The notes beneath the pieces are model-generated. The model searched no databases. It saw only the letters and a list, made by a program, of their open reading frames with translations, and had not been told where the DNA came from. This document shows, piece after piece, positions 40,799 through 52,800 of a stretch of 64,000 nt of DNA. The DNA comes from Monocercomonoides exilis PA203 (Eukaryota; Protista; Preaxostyla): contig LSRY02000038.1 in NCBI GenBank assembly GCA_001643675.2, positions 558,001-622,000 on the forward strand, in the 5' to 3' direction. The position numbers were made by a program, and so were the translations under genes. Numbering within the stretch: the stretch's first letter is position 1; the number at the start of each line of letters is the position of its first letter.

Positions 40799-42547
40799 TT
40801 TACAGAGGAGGAAGGAGAAGAGTGAGAGGAAGAGAAAGAAGAAGAAGAAGAAGCATTCATTGAAATAGAAGAAGAAGAAAGAGAAGAAGAAGTATTTCGA
40901 GGAGGCGGAGGAGGAAGAGGAGGCAACGAGTAATTTCTTGAGTGAAAGAGGTTTGATGAGCTTTCTGTTTCTTTGAGAGAAATTTGCTGTTCAAACAGAA
41001 AAGGGCCAGGTTTCATAGACAAAGCACGGAATCTGTCGGAAATTGAGAAGGGGAAGAGAAAAGAAGAAGAAGAGGAGGAGGAGGAAGAGGAAGAAGATGA
41101 TGATGATGAAGCAATGAAAAGAGAAGGAAAAGAAGAAGAAGAATATGAAGAAGAAGAAGAAGAAGAAGAAGAATTGTTTGAAGAAGTACTATTTTCAGCA
41201 GGATAACTCAAAAAGAAGTTCTTCTTTTCTCTATTGAGTTGTTGAGGCACGAAACCAGGAAGAAAAAACTGGTTGTTTGAAAGAGAAGAAGAAGAAGAAG
41301 AAATTTTATTTGTTGGAAAATTGTTTGAAGAAGACGAATGAGAAGAGGAAGAGGAAGAGGAAGAGGAAGAGGAGGAGGAGGAGGAGGAGGAGGAGGAGGA
41401 GGAGGAGGAAGAAGAAGAAGAAGAAGAAGAAGAAGAAGAAGATGATGATGATGATGATGATGATGATATTTTCTGAATGAAATGATTGTTCGAAGAAGAT
41501 GGGAAAATGTTCTTTTGTCTAATCAAATCTTTTATTTTAGACTTCAAATTCGTCTCTTTCCCTTCTTTCCCTTCCTTCTCTTTCTTCTCTTTCTTCTGCA
41601 CCTCATTTTCTGCATTAGCATTCGCCTGAAATTTCCCCTTCAACTCCGTTTTTCTTGCTGAATTAATCGAAAGCAATGAAGATACCCCTTCGACCTCATC
41701 TTCCCTGTTATTCATGCTTCGTTCGTTTGCTGCTGTTTTCAGCTCATTTTTGCTTATTTCTGATACTTCTCCCATCAGATCAATAACTCCCCCTTCGATC
41801 TCTTCGTCTTCATCATCCAGCACACCAAGCCCAAACGCAACTTTTCCTTTTTGCAGAAGCTCAATTTTTTCCTTCTCTGCTTCAGAAAGAGAGGCATGCT
41901 TTCTTTGTGCTTGTTGTACGTTATTTTGCTTTGGTGTTGATAAATATCCAATTCCAAGTCTATTATTTATAGAATGTTTATTCAAATAGTTAAGTTCACT
42001 GTTTCCAAATATTATTTCGGGGTGTATAACCTTTATACGGACACCTTCTGTAAATGTTTCCTTATCCTCTTCATCCATGAGATCTTCTGGTTTAAATTCT
42101 TTGAAGCTTGCTCTATTTTCTCTCGAACTTTTAAAATTTTGAGGTTCCCAACCTTCTTTCGATCCAACACTATTAAAATATCCAGCAGAAAATCCACCTG
42201 TAAATGCTCCATGAAATCTTCTTCTTCCTTGCTCGTCTTTTGCTTGGAAAAAAAATATTTTAATGAATGTATTAAAAATTAAGAACAAAAAATGAAATAA
42301 AACCAAATTGATCTCTGTCATGTGAAAATGATGCTGGAAATCCTTTTAATTTCATTCCATTTTTTTCAGATTCGGCTTCCTCGATTAAAGTCGGAAGCTT
42401 TGTTCCAAGTAACCAGTTTTCTAGGCTGGGTTCCTTATGATTAGTTCCACTTTTTGAACCTCCAAAAACCTGCTCTGACAATTCTTTTGATTTGTCGAGG
42501 AACAATGAGTAATCATAAAATTCATTGTCCTTTTTTGAATAACTCAT
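37705..42547 (-). CDS. GPATCH1: G-patch domain-containing protein 1 / TOUGH homologue (DUF1604 N-terminus)
   Basis: Exon 42547-42304, intron 42303-42243, exon 42242-37705. Signature [39 protein letters not shown]...PEDLMDEED, plus [25 protein letters not shown] and [11 protein letters not shown]. Confidence 0.88.
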
Positions 42548-43161
42548 TTATTTCTCTTTAAGTTTACAAAAAATTGAATAATATGTTACCATAATAACTT
42601 ACAATTATTGTGTTGAAAGTTATTGATCGTTCACTCAAATTGTTCAACAAACTGTCTTATTTTTTTTTCAGAGTGAAATTTTAAAATTATTTAAAAGATA
42701 AGAAACAAAATTATTTTTTTCTTATCTTTTCAAAAGTTATAAATGAGGAAAAAAAAATTAGTTAACAACAGTTTGCGCAAAAAAAACCGGACAAGATCGA
42801 TATCTCAATTAGACTTGTGCGACAAGTGGCAAAATTTGTCAGTAACTGACACAGGTGACCGACAGGACAATTTTTACTGATCACAACCATTATTTTTTTT
42901 ATTTATTTCTTTTTTGGGATCATTTTTTTCGAATAGAAAAATAAAATTTGCTAAAAAATTTTTTTCATATAATCGACAGAATGTTTCATGTTCCAACAAA
43001 ATTGTCTAATTTTGTTGGAACATGGCAGGAAATATTTGTTTCAACAAAGAAAAAGAAAGAAAAAAAACAGAAAGAGAAGAAAATAAATCTATAGTGTTTT
43101 TTTTATTCTTTGTCAAACATGATAAAAAATATTTGTAAAAGAAATATTAAATATTTTTTTG

Positions 43162-46032
43162 GGCAAGTTCCAAGTATATGGACCATCGATAAAAAATATT
43201 TCTGAGGTCGTACACGAAAGAAAATGTCACAATAATAAATTAAAAATTCGTTTTATCTGTCGAAAATGCATTGTCTTGAACAATCCATATTTCATTTGAT
43301 CTGTCCCATAATTATTTTCCAAATTTCTTGTTCATGCTAAATCAAAAAATTTTTGGTATGGAGCTTTTATCATCTCATATGAAGGAATATAATCGATTTT
43401 ATATATTTTCATTTGCTTCAGACAGTTATTCAACAGTTTCACAATATCATTTTTGAATGCTTGTATTCAAAACATAACAAATCCTTGCGTTTCAATTATG
43501 TTTTTTTAATTTTTTAATAAAAATTAGTGCATGAATTGTCTTATTTGAAAGCAATTCAGACATTTTGAATATATTGAAATTTCTGATCAATTGACAAAAA
43601 TTTCAATTTGAATACAATCAATGAACATTTTGGAAGAATCCAAATAAATGAAGTGATCAAACATCTGCTCCTTTGAGTGATATGAAACAGGTGCGACTCG
43701 CACTTGATGATTTTTTTAACTGTTAGGAAACAACAAATACAACAATTAATGAAAGCTCCTTGAAGCAGATTTTTTTCAAATTGACTGTGGTTCATGAACA
43801 AGCTTCAATGAATGAGCGGAATGCTTCTGGCTCAAATAAAAGCAACGATGAAAATGACGAAGAAGAAAAAGGCAAAGCTTAAGAATGTAGAACAAATTGC
43901 TTTGCTGCAAATGCTTTCGCTAATGCTATCAAAATGATTTGTGTTAGTGGATCACCGAGAAAGAAATATAACAAAAAAGAAACAATTGCTTTCAATACAA
44001 ACCACAGTATTTACTAGCTGAGCAGGATCTTCAAACGTGATTGCACAGCCGCTCAGTGTCAGATTTCTACTCCTCACTCCAAAGACAGAGCTATGCGCCG
44101 AAGCGAAGCTGGGGCTTAAGACTTTGTCCATCCCCTTTGTCTGACATTCCTGTGATGAATACTCAACATAATTTGAACTTCCATCGGTCTGAGCGATTTC
44201 AGAGTTGAACTCAAAAATGGCTTGGCTGCCTCCGACTATCTGCACAGTCTCCGAGTAGATGGCTGTCTCTGCTGAAACAGCTGCCTTTTTCACCACCAGC
44301 ACATTCTGATATGACTCGTCGTTCAGATGCTGCACAGCCTCGCTCAGCGTCTCACACGGGTCTTCCCTTCGCGAACAGTTCTTCTCGTTCTTCCCTTTCT
44401 CTCCTGACACAAATATTTGCTCTGACATGTAAAACACAATAAATAGCACCAAATCAGTCGGCTCATCATGAACCTAGTCCACACCGCATATAGGATTATT
44501 TCTATCGAATTCCAACTCGATGAAGTTCATCACAAACAGCGCCTCGTTGATCTGCTCAGCAATCGATTGACAGACAATGAAAAAATCTTTCGCCACGCCA
44601 GCTCTATACAAAGAAAACCGAATCAGCCGAAAAATGATTGGCAGAGTCTTCGCTTTCTCCAAAGATGGTGTATCTGAATGTTCTGGATCGTCTAGGCAGC
44701 TTTATGATGTTCCACTAACGTTTCTTTCATGTTTCGATCAAATTCTGTGATTCACAGAACTCATCCGTTCAGTAATTTCTCCTTTAACATGGACGCTTCC
44801 TTTCAGCAACAGTTCAATTTTTGTTTATCAGCCTTTATCGCTCAATGAAGATGTTAATCCATCCAAACAGCAGTTCGCAAATTGATAGATGTACACAAAG
44901 CAGAACAGATTCGCTCAGAAAACATACCGCATTCATTATCAGATCAACCACCTCGTTGAAACAGCTCCTGTCAAACCAAAAAAGAACATTTGTTTTGAAC
45001 TAAAATTGCGTTGCATATGAAAACAACTCGGAATTCACACCATTCCTCAGATCTTTCGCTTCAATGAATATTTATCTTCGATGGTATACCGTGTTTCCTC
45101 CAACAATTATCTATGAAAATGAATGTCTGTCATTGTTGTCTGTTGCACATGTCAAATAGATTCCTCCTCCACATCCTTTAGAAATGCTGCAGATGCTGTT
45201 CGTCACTCCAACATTCCTCATTTTCAGCTGTTCATTTGCGCATTTCAGCTCTAAAGATATCGCTCCTCCCTTTTTGCAAGCTTCTGAGCCGAGTGTCTGG
45301 AACGTGCACCCAACAACTTTCATTCAGTAGCTATTCTGGAGAAAGAACACTGAAGATCACAGATTTGATGCTCAGTTGATGAAGCTACTGTTTGAAAAAA
45401 ATTTCAACAAAAGAACAGCTGTTAAAATATCTTCTTCTTTTTCATATTTCTTATTTTTTTGGTTTTCCAAATTCAAAAAAATAAACATATTTTAAAACAA
45501 ATTTTATATGGAAATTTGAGAAAGATTTTGGTCTCATTATAAACGTGAGCTTCGATGTCAACAAAGAAAACAATAAAAAAATTGAACATTGCATTTTGCA
45601 TTTCAATCAATTATTCGGTTTGCATAAACTGTAATTTTTTTGATAACTGATAATTTTTTTATGTTTTCGAATTTTGAGCATTCCTTTGTTTTGAAATAAT
45701 CTGTGAAATAGATAAAAGTCAATTGAACTTTTTCTGTTGAAAAAACATTGAAAAGAGTTTAAAGAATAACAAAAATGTATTTCTCAAAATTTGAGCACAA
45801 CAAAAACAATGATATGAAAACATTACACGTGTTCAATAATGAATAAAACAAAATACAAAAAACAAAGAAAATTTGAAAATAATAATGGGATAGATCAAAT
45901 GAAATATGGATTGTTCAAGACAATGCATTTTCGACAGATAAAACGAATTTTTAATTTATTATTGTGACATTTTCTTTCGTGTACGACCTCAGAAATATTT
46001 TTTATCGATGGTCCATATACTTGGAACTTGCC
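43162..46032. mobile_element. 2.87-kb non-autonomous TIR element (Mutator/Merlin-like ends) carrying host gene fragments
   Basis: ~170-bp TIRs at 43162-43332 and 45862-46032; the first ~140 bp are identical. Ends GGCAAG...CTTGCC. 8-bp direct repeat TTTTTTTG at 43154-61 and 46033-40. No transposase motif seen inside. Confidence 0.88.
43952..45323 (-). pseudogene. Fragment of a GGAI-repeat/beta-helix surface-protein-like gene inside the TIR element
   Basis: KGGAISLE...GCGGGIYL and IFVSGEKGKNEKNCSRREDPCETLSEAV (VS-G-x-C-x-PC-T motif); frameshifted. Confidence 0.6.
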
Positions 46033-46607
46033 TTTTTTTGCAATATTTTTGAAAATTCAATTTATCAAATTTTCCAAAATATATTTTTCACTGACAAGAT
46101 CTGTGAAACATGGATTTTTAATGTAACTGGAAGTCGCTTCTGTCACTAACATTACATTTTGTCAATGAAATATGCATGTACTAAATAGAAGCAGAATAAC
46201 AAAATAACTTGTCGAGTATATGAAATGTTTGAGATTTTATTTTTCCATCAATTGCTTCAAATAACTTTTCATTTGATATCTTGTTGTGCTTCTTTTGATT
46301 GGAAAAAAGCAATACATATTCAAAAAACATCTGAAGAATGCACATAGGAAGACATTTTATTTTAACGATTGTTTGAAGATAAATATGGGTGATTATTTTT
46401 GAAATCATATTTTTTCGAACAAAATTTTCGGTTAAAATTAAAAGATCTTGAATATTATCAAATGAACTTTGAAAAGGAAAATGGCTTATTGAATTCATTT
46501 TATTCTTTGATTCGGAAAATCCATTTGGCACTTTCTGTTTGAAAAATCAGATCTCTTCCCGTTATAGTTTTTTGTTTCATAAATAATAATGTATCACAAA
46601 ACAACTA

Positions 46608-47767
46608 AGCCTGGGTGACGTGCTGACTTCTGACATGACCTTTTCGATTTTTGACGGACGTGACATTTTTTTCCACGTCACAAAAAAAAAAAAATAAAAA
46701 AAAAGAAAAAGAAAAAAATAAAAAAAATTGAAAATTATTTATCAAAATTACCATTTTTCAGTTATGACTGACACAAAAGCGGAAATCGGATTTTTCATTC
46801 GTCACTGACTTCACTGACGTCATTGACGTCACTTCCGGTCACTTCCCGTCAATTATTCGAAAAATACAAAAGAAAAAACAATACAACAAAACATACGACC
46901 CAAATCTTCACTTTGTTTTTTTATCATTTTGTTTTATTCAACAACCATAACTATTCGTTCTTCAGTTGATACATTTGCCTTTTTTTTCTTTAAAGATAAA
47001 AATAAAAGCAATTTGAAAAGAATGAGAACTTGCATTGTTGTTTTCTTTCGTTGAATAAATGCAATGAGACTTAATACAAAGTCTGAATTGTTTTTTAATT
47101 ATTCAATTTTTGATAATAATGTACAATTATAGTTTAAATGTTAAACATATATTTGCTTCGTTAATTGAACGAACATTCAAAATGATATCCTTTATAGGAT
47201 TTGTTGATTCATTGATGTTCAACATGGTTGCCGGATAAAATGACATTTACAAAAATGAATTTTGCATTTTTTTCCTTTGCTGAAATGAAAAGAAGAATTT
47301 TCTTCATGTATGACTTGAAACATTCAGATGTTAACCCAGAGATGATGAGAATTAAATGCAATTTAATAAGAATATCAATTTCAGTGGTTTGTTATTGAAT
47401 TAGTTTACAAATGTTTGTTTGAGATGTGAAATGATCAAATTTCAAATTGAAGTGAAACAGTGTTTTAACAATTTTGAAGATATATATATATTTTTCAACG
47501 ATATTTGCTGAATTGATATTATTATTATTGATCATGCATTTTTTCAAATAAAAAAGTTCCTTCAAAAAGATTTGTTCACTCTTCTTCCACTTCTGGAAGT
47601 GATTGTCTTCAAAAAACTGCTCTTATTTTCCATCTCATTTCAAATATTATCGAGCATATTTTTAGAAAGAACTGAAAGAGACATAAAGATTTTTAAATTC
47701 TTTAAAAATTTCCTAACAGCATCAAATGACGATTATTTTCAAAAAGGACATACCTGCTTTGTGGAGT

Positions 47768-47804
<37 letters not shown>

Positions 47805-49741
47805 AATAATCCAATTTGTTCTTTATTTGAAAGAAGAAAAAAAATATTTATCGAATAGGAAAAAAACAACTTTTCTTTCATTGCTTTGTTTCATTTCGAA
47901 ACATTTTCATAATAAAAGATATGCTTTCGTTTATTTAACGAATGTTTGTCACTTATTTTGTTAAACGATTAAAAAAGAAAGACCAAATATCCAAAATTAC
48001 CGAAAAAATTTAAACTATTTTTCAAGCTTTCACGAAATTATCAGAAATATCCAACGAGAATACAAAAAGATTGTGTTTTCTTTTTAGGAAATCCAACATT
48101 CAACAAAAGTTTGCGATTTCCTTTTCGTATTCTGCTTCTTTTATCTTTTCAAGAACATGTCGTTCAATTATCTATCTTTTCACTTTTTTCGTTTCTTCAG
48201 TCTCCTCTTCTTTCAATGACCTTGAAATAAAAATCAAAAAATGAAATGCTTTTGAATGTTATTTCAACATCTATTGTTTATTGACTGATCTGTTTCAAAT
48301 TAGCTTCAACTATTCCACTTTGCAATAAGTCATCCATTTCCACAAATTCATTTTCTGTTGCATATCGAAACAATATGATGCATTGATCACTTATTCCTCT
48401 TTGTTAATTATTTGCCACTCCAAATACACAAATAATGCTGATAAAAAAATTTTTGAGAATTATTTGTTCCTAAGTTTGCAAAAAAATAACTTCTTTAGAA
48501 TTTTCTTGAAGCTATCTTCTTATTATGTTCACTATTTCTCCCTTCTTCTTCTCCATTTTCATCTTCGTTTCTTTCCCTATTTTCAATTTTTGCAAACTTT
48601 TCCATTTCCTTTATTGCCTCACTGATTAAATGCTACCCATCATGAACAAGTTCTTTCAAGCCTCGTTCAGTGACAATCCTCCCCATTGCAAACACCCAAA
48701 AGAGTTGAAAAACAAGATGAGTGAGAAAGTTATGATTCTGATGATATTAAATGATTTCTTGAATTTCATTTATGTTAAGAAATTCTAGCTCATTTTTCTT
48801 ATAAAAAAGAAAGACATAAATAAATGAAACAAAAATTCAAAAAATCAATCAATAAATAAATTACATTCCCCTATGTTCAATTCCGTTTAAAGAAATCAAA
48901 AAATAAAACCTTTTTTGTGCCTTTTTGCTTTCCTCTTTCTTTGACTCAATCTTTAGAAGGCAAATCACAATAATCGAAAGCAATTCCTCAAAAATGAATC
49001 ATTCAATAAGCAACGTGAAGCATTTGAAAAGATCAACCAAGAGTCTTTCATCCTTTGCTTCCTGCTTCCCATTTTCACCAACATTTGCTTTCGCAATTTT
49101 TTCACACCGCGAAGAATGGAGAAAACTTCCGAATCTATATTCAATCAAATGCATATAATGTTTAAAATGCTGTAACAACATAATGTATTTATCAAAAGAT
49201 TTTTGTTTTTTCCAATCATATTTGTCGAATAATTGACCAATTTTGTTGAAAAAATTGATTCATATACTTGGAAATTCATTTCGTCTGCTCACTTATTTAT
49301 TTCAAAGTTTTTTTGGATTTGAACTTCCTCATTGCATTCTATAAATTAATGAAATAATTCCTTTTGAAGAAGAAAATGAACAAACAAAAATTAGTTCAAT
49401 TAGCAATTGCACATCATTGCGTTTATATTTTTAAATTGCTTGCAAAATAGAAAAACATTACATTCAGAAGCAGAGGTGGAAGAATTTAAATAAGGAATTT
49501 GCGAATGCTTAGATGAAAGAAAATGGTATAAATTAAAATTTTGTAATTAAAATAAATGCATTATTACCTGCAACACATTCTCATGACGCAATTATTGCCT
49601 TCAAAGTGGAAGAGCGTTTTGTTTGTTTCATTAATTATGTTGTGATGGGGCAAATTGATCAAAAAATATCTTTGAAATAAAATTATAAAAGGAAATCAAA
49701 AGATCTGCATATTCACCGAAATGTGTTTTTTGAATTAAATA

Positions 49742-49776
<35 letters not shown>

Positions 49777-49830
49777 AAGTGGAAAATTGGTGACGGACGT
49801 GACAAACTTTTTTTTCACGTCACCCAGGAT
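46608..49830. mobile_element. 3.2-kb element with 15-bp TIRs, TA flanks and TGAC-rich subterminal motifs
   Basis: TA|AGCCTGGGTGACGTG ... CACGTCACCCAGGAT|TA (1 mismatch). The block GACGGACGTGACA..CACGTCAC occurs near both ends (~46653 and ~49792), with clustered TGAC/GTCA motifs at 46800-46851. Confidence 0.65.
48150..49345 (-). pseudogene. Degraded paralogue of the 22571-24186 family
   Basis: ECNEEVQIQK...DEMN...IMLLQH...RCEKIAK...KDERLLVDLFKCF aligns by eye with EKTQMQIVEEMK...ISLLKE...RFEKMII...KNEKLLVGLCES. Confidence 0.55.
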
Positions 49831-52800
49831 TAAAAACAACAACTGACCATTTATCTATTTATCACAAACGAAATTCATTTCTCAATTTTAGTTTTTTCCG
49901 TGAACCAAAAAAGCTTTTATCAAATAATTTTTTAAAGGGAAATTGTGATGAAATCGATTTATCAAATATTTATCTATCCAAATAGTATTCAAGATTTTTT
50001 AATGTTGAATGTTATTCACATTTATTTAACATATGTCTCATGTTGCGTGAATGTTATGTGTTTGTTTATTGCACGTTTTTATGAGCAATGTTTCGATTTT
50101 CTTCATTAACGAACCACAAGCCAAAGCTGTTCCATTTATTTACGTAAAACAATCAGTTATTTTATTTATGAAAATGTTTGCAATTATATTTATCAATTAA
50201 TATCTTGAAATAAGTTTTTTTTATGCATAAAAGATTGAATTGGAACTGGAAGATTCACTGTTCTTGTCTTTATTGTGAGGAGCAAATTGAAAGAAAGAAA
50301 TGGCAGTTGTTTAACTTTAAGAAAAGGGAATGAGAGCAACCATGTTTCTGTTCTTTGTAACGATTGGAGCACCTCATTTATTTGATGAAAGCAAACTTCA
50401 TTTTCAATCACTGGATTATCTGAATCCACTCATCTCATTATCTCATAGCACATGTTATGTGAATACAGCCCCACTTCGATTGCTTTTCAAACTCCGACAC
50501 TTCGTCCAAATAATCAACTGCCACAATTGTCGTCACTTCCTCTGATTGCTCATTTCCAAATGGAAATGGAACAGGCTCGCTTCCTCCTTCATCAGCGTTT
50601 GAGGATTGTGAAGACAAAAGGAAGGAGTGTTTGAGGTGGAAGGCACCTGAGTTGCAGATGAACAAGAAGATGGGGGCAACAAAATAATCAGTTGTGTTTT
50701 CGATTGGGATGTAGCTGTTTGAGTGTTTGACGCTGCATATTCCGTTTGGTGATTATGAGGCAGAGGTGGTGGGGCAGAAGATAGCGAACAGGAAGAGACC
50801 CAGCTCCTCCACAGCGAAAGGAAGTTCGATCGTGGATATTATGAAAGGATACTTATCTTCAGAAGGGAATGTGAGGCCGACTCTTTTGTGCCTGAAGAAA
50901 TAGTTTATCCAATACTTTCCAACATGAGAAGCTATTCTGACAGTCCTCCGTGTCAATTACAACCTGTAAACAGCAGAGTGTGACAAACAAAGCATTGCTA
51001 TAAATCCTTCGGATGGAACATGAAGTTTGTTGTCTTATAAGTGATCAAATAATTTGTGATAATAATTTTTTGTTCAAAAAGCAACTTTAATGTATTCTTC
51101 GATACAGCCCAGAGTTTCACATTCACTTTTTGTTTTTGCTCATCATCATATTTCTTCTTTTTTCAAATATCACATTTTTTGTTTTCGCATGTTGTGTTTC
51201 ACATTATTCCTTCTGTTATCCGTTCAGAATTCTGATTTTCATTTTGAAGTGTTTCCAGTTTTCATGTTTTGATGTTTGAAATTCTCTTTGCCTAATGTTA
51301 AAAAAATATAGCTCTTGTTGTTTTAGCAAATAAAAAAATACAGTTAAAAATCTTCTTGTAAATTAAAAACAAAAAAACGAATGAAAAATAACTAATAAAA
51401 AGTTGAGTTCCTGATTTCTTTATTGACTTAATTATCATTCTCAAAAAGCTGATCCTTTTTTAATTTCCTCTTCCTTAACTGTAATCGCTTCTGCAATAAC
51501 CGCCAATCGATCTCCCTCCTCAGTATCCATTTCAAAAATTAGAACTTCTTCCTCCACTAATTCCTTAACCTCCATAACAGCTTCCGCTTCCGAAGCCCCC
51601 TCTTCTGTCCACTCCTCCCTTTGGTTTTACCAAATCATTCGCCATATATGCCTTTTCACAAGTTCGTGGCAAAGTCCTTTTCTCTGGCACACAGCTTTGA
51701 CTGCTCTGTGACACTCGTAAGAAATATGCAGCTGCAATTGTCAAACGTTCGGATAAATGCTTCTGTGTTTTCAGAGGAAGTATTAAAAACAGCTGTTAGA
51801 AGACCAGAACAAAAACTCATGCGCTGCTCCAAATCAACAATTTCCGATAAGATCAATTATTGAAGTTGAAACAAACATATTGTTAGATTAATCTTTGAAA
51901 GGCTTCTTTTGTCTGAGTGCTGACGCAGCAGCATCTGTCGAGGAGAAGCACTGTCTCACCGAAGGCAGGCGCTCTTTCATATCAAAAAAATTAATCGTTA
52001 GACCAGTTGCATTTGTTATTAGAGATTATTTTTGTGTTGGTTCCGATCTCTTGTTATTTGTGCAACGCAAAGAAATAGCACTATCAGCATCTATGGCCGC
52101 TCTTTTTTTGTCATTAACAATTTCATTTTTCTTCTCACTGCATTTTGTTTAATCCTTTTCATCTTTCCAATTCTTATTCTTTTTCTCTTTTCTTTTCATT
52201 TTTCTATTTCTTCAGTTTTTCATCTTCACTCAACTTCTCACTTTCATTCAACACAGTTCACACATCCATCATCACCTCCTCCTTGTTTATCAGCAGCAAC
52301 ATCGCAACAGATTTCAAGAACGTCATCAGAGAACCTGATCCAGACACAATCAGCTTTGCCCCATCTTTTCCCGTTGCCTTTATCATTTGCGTTACCGATG
52401 GCGCGGAAATGCACTCGAAAATAATAGTACTCCACCTTAACCATCACCAGATGGTATTAATCTGTCTGGTTGAAAACATAATGCATGATCCTCCTTGTCC
52501 ACACAGCCCTGTTCTTCTCGAGAGAAACATACTGGTCTCAGTATCTGTTGACACCTGCTACACAATAATCAGATCTTCTTGCTGAATATCAATTCGTCGC
52601 GCTGCCACATCATATGCAATCAGCACCACAATGTTGTCCATAGGAAATGTCTGCATCGTCTGTTCTCTCTATGTCTGTGCGATGCAACAATGCAATCACT
52701 GGCTTCTAAAAGAATTAACCTCTTTGAACACGTAAAGCTCGTTTGATAAAGATTTCTATCAAGAAAAGATGAAGAACTGACTGTAAATTTTCTCAAAACT

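Noticed and set aside
26500-42300. Many antisense and alternate-frame ORFs rich in Glu, Lys, Leu or Phe
   Set aside because: Shadows of stop-free TCT/GAA microsatellites within the two real genes.
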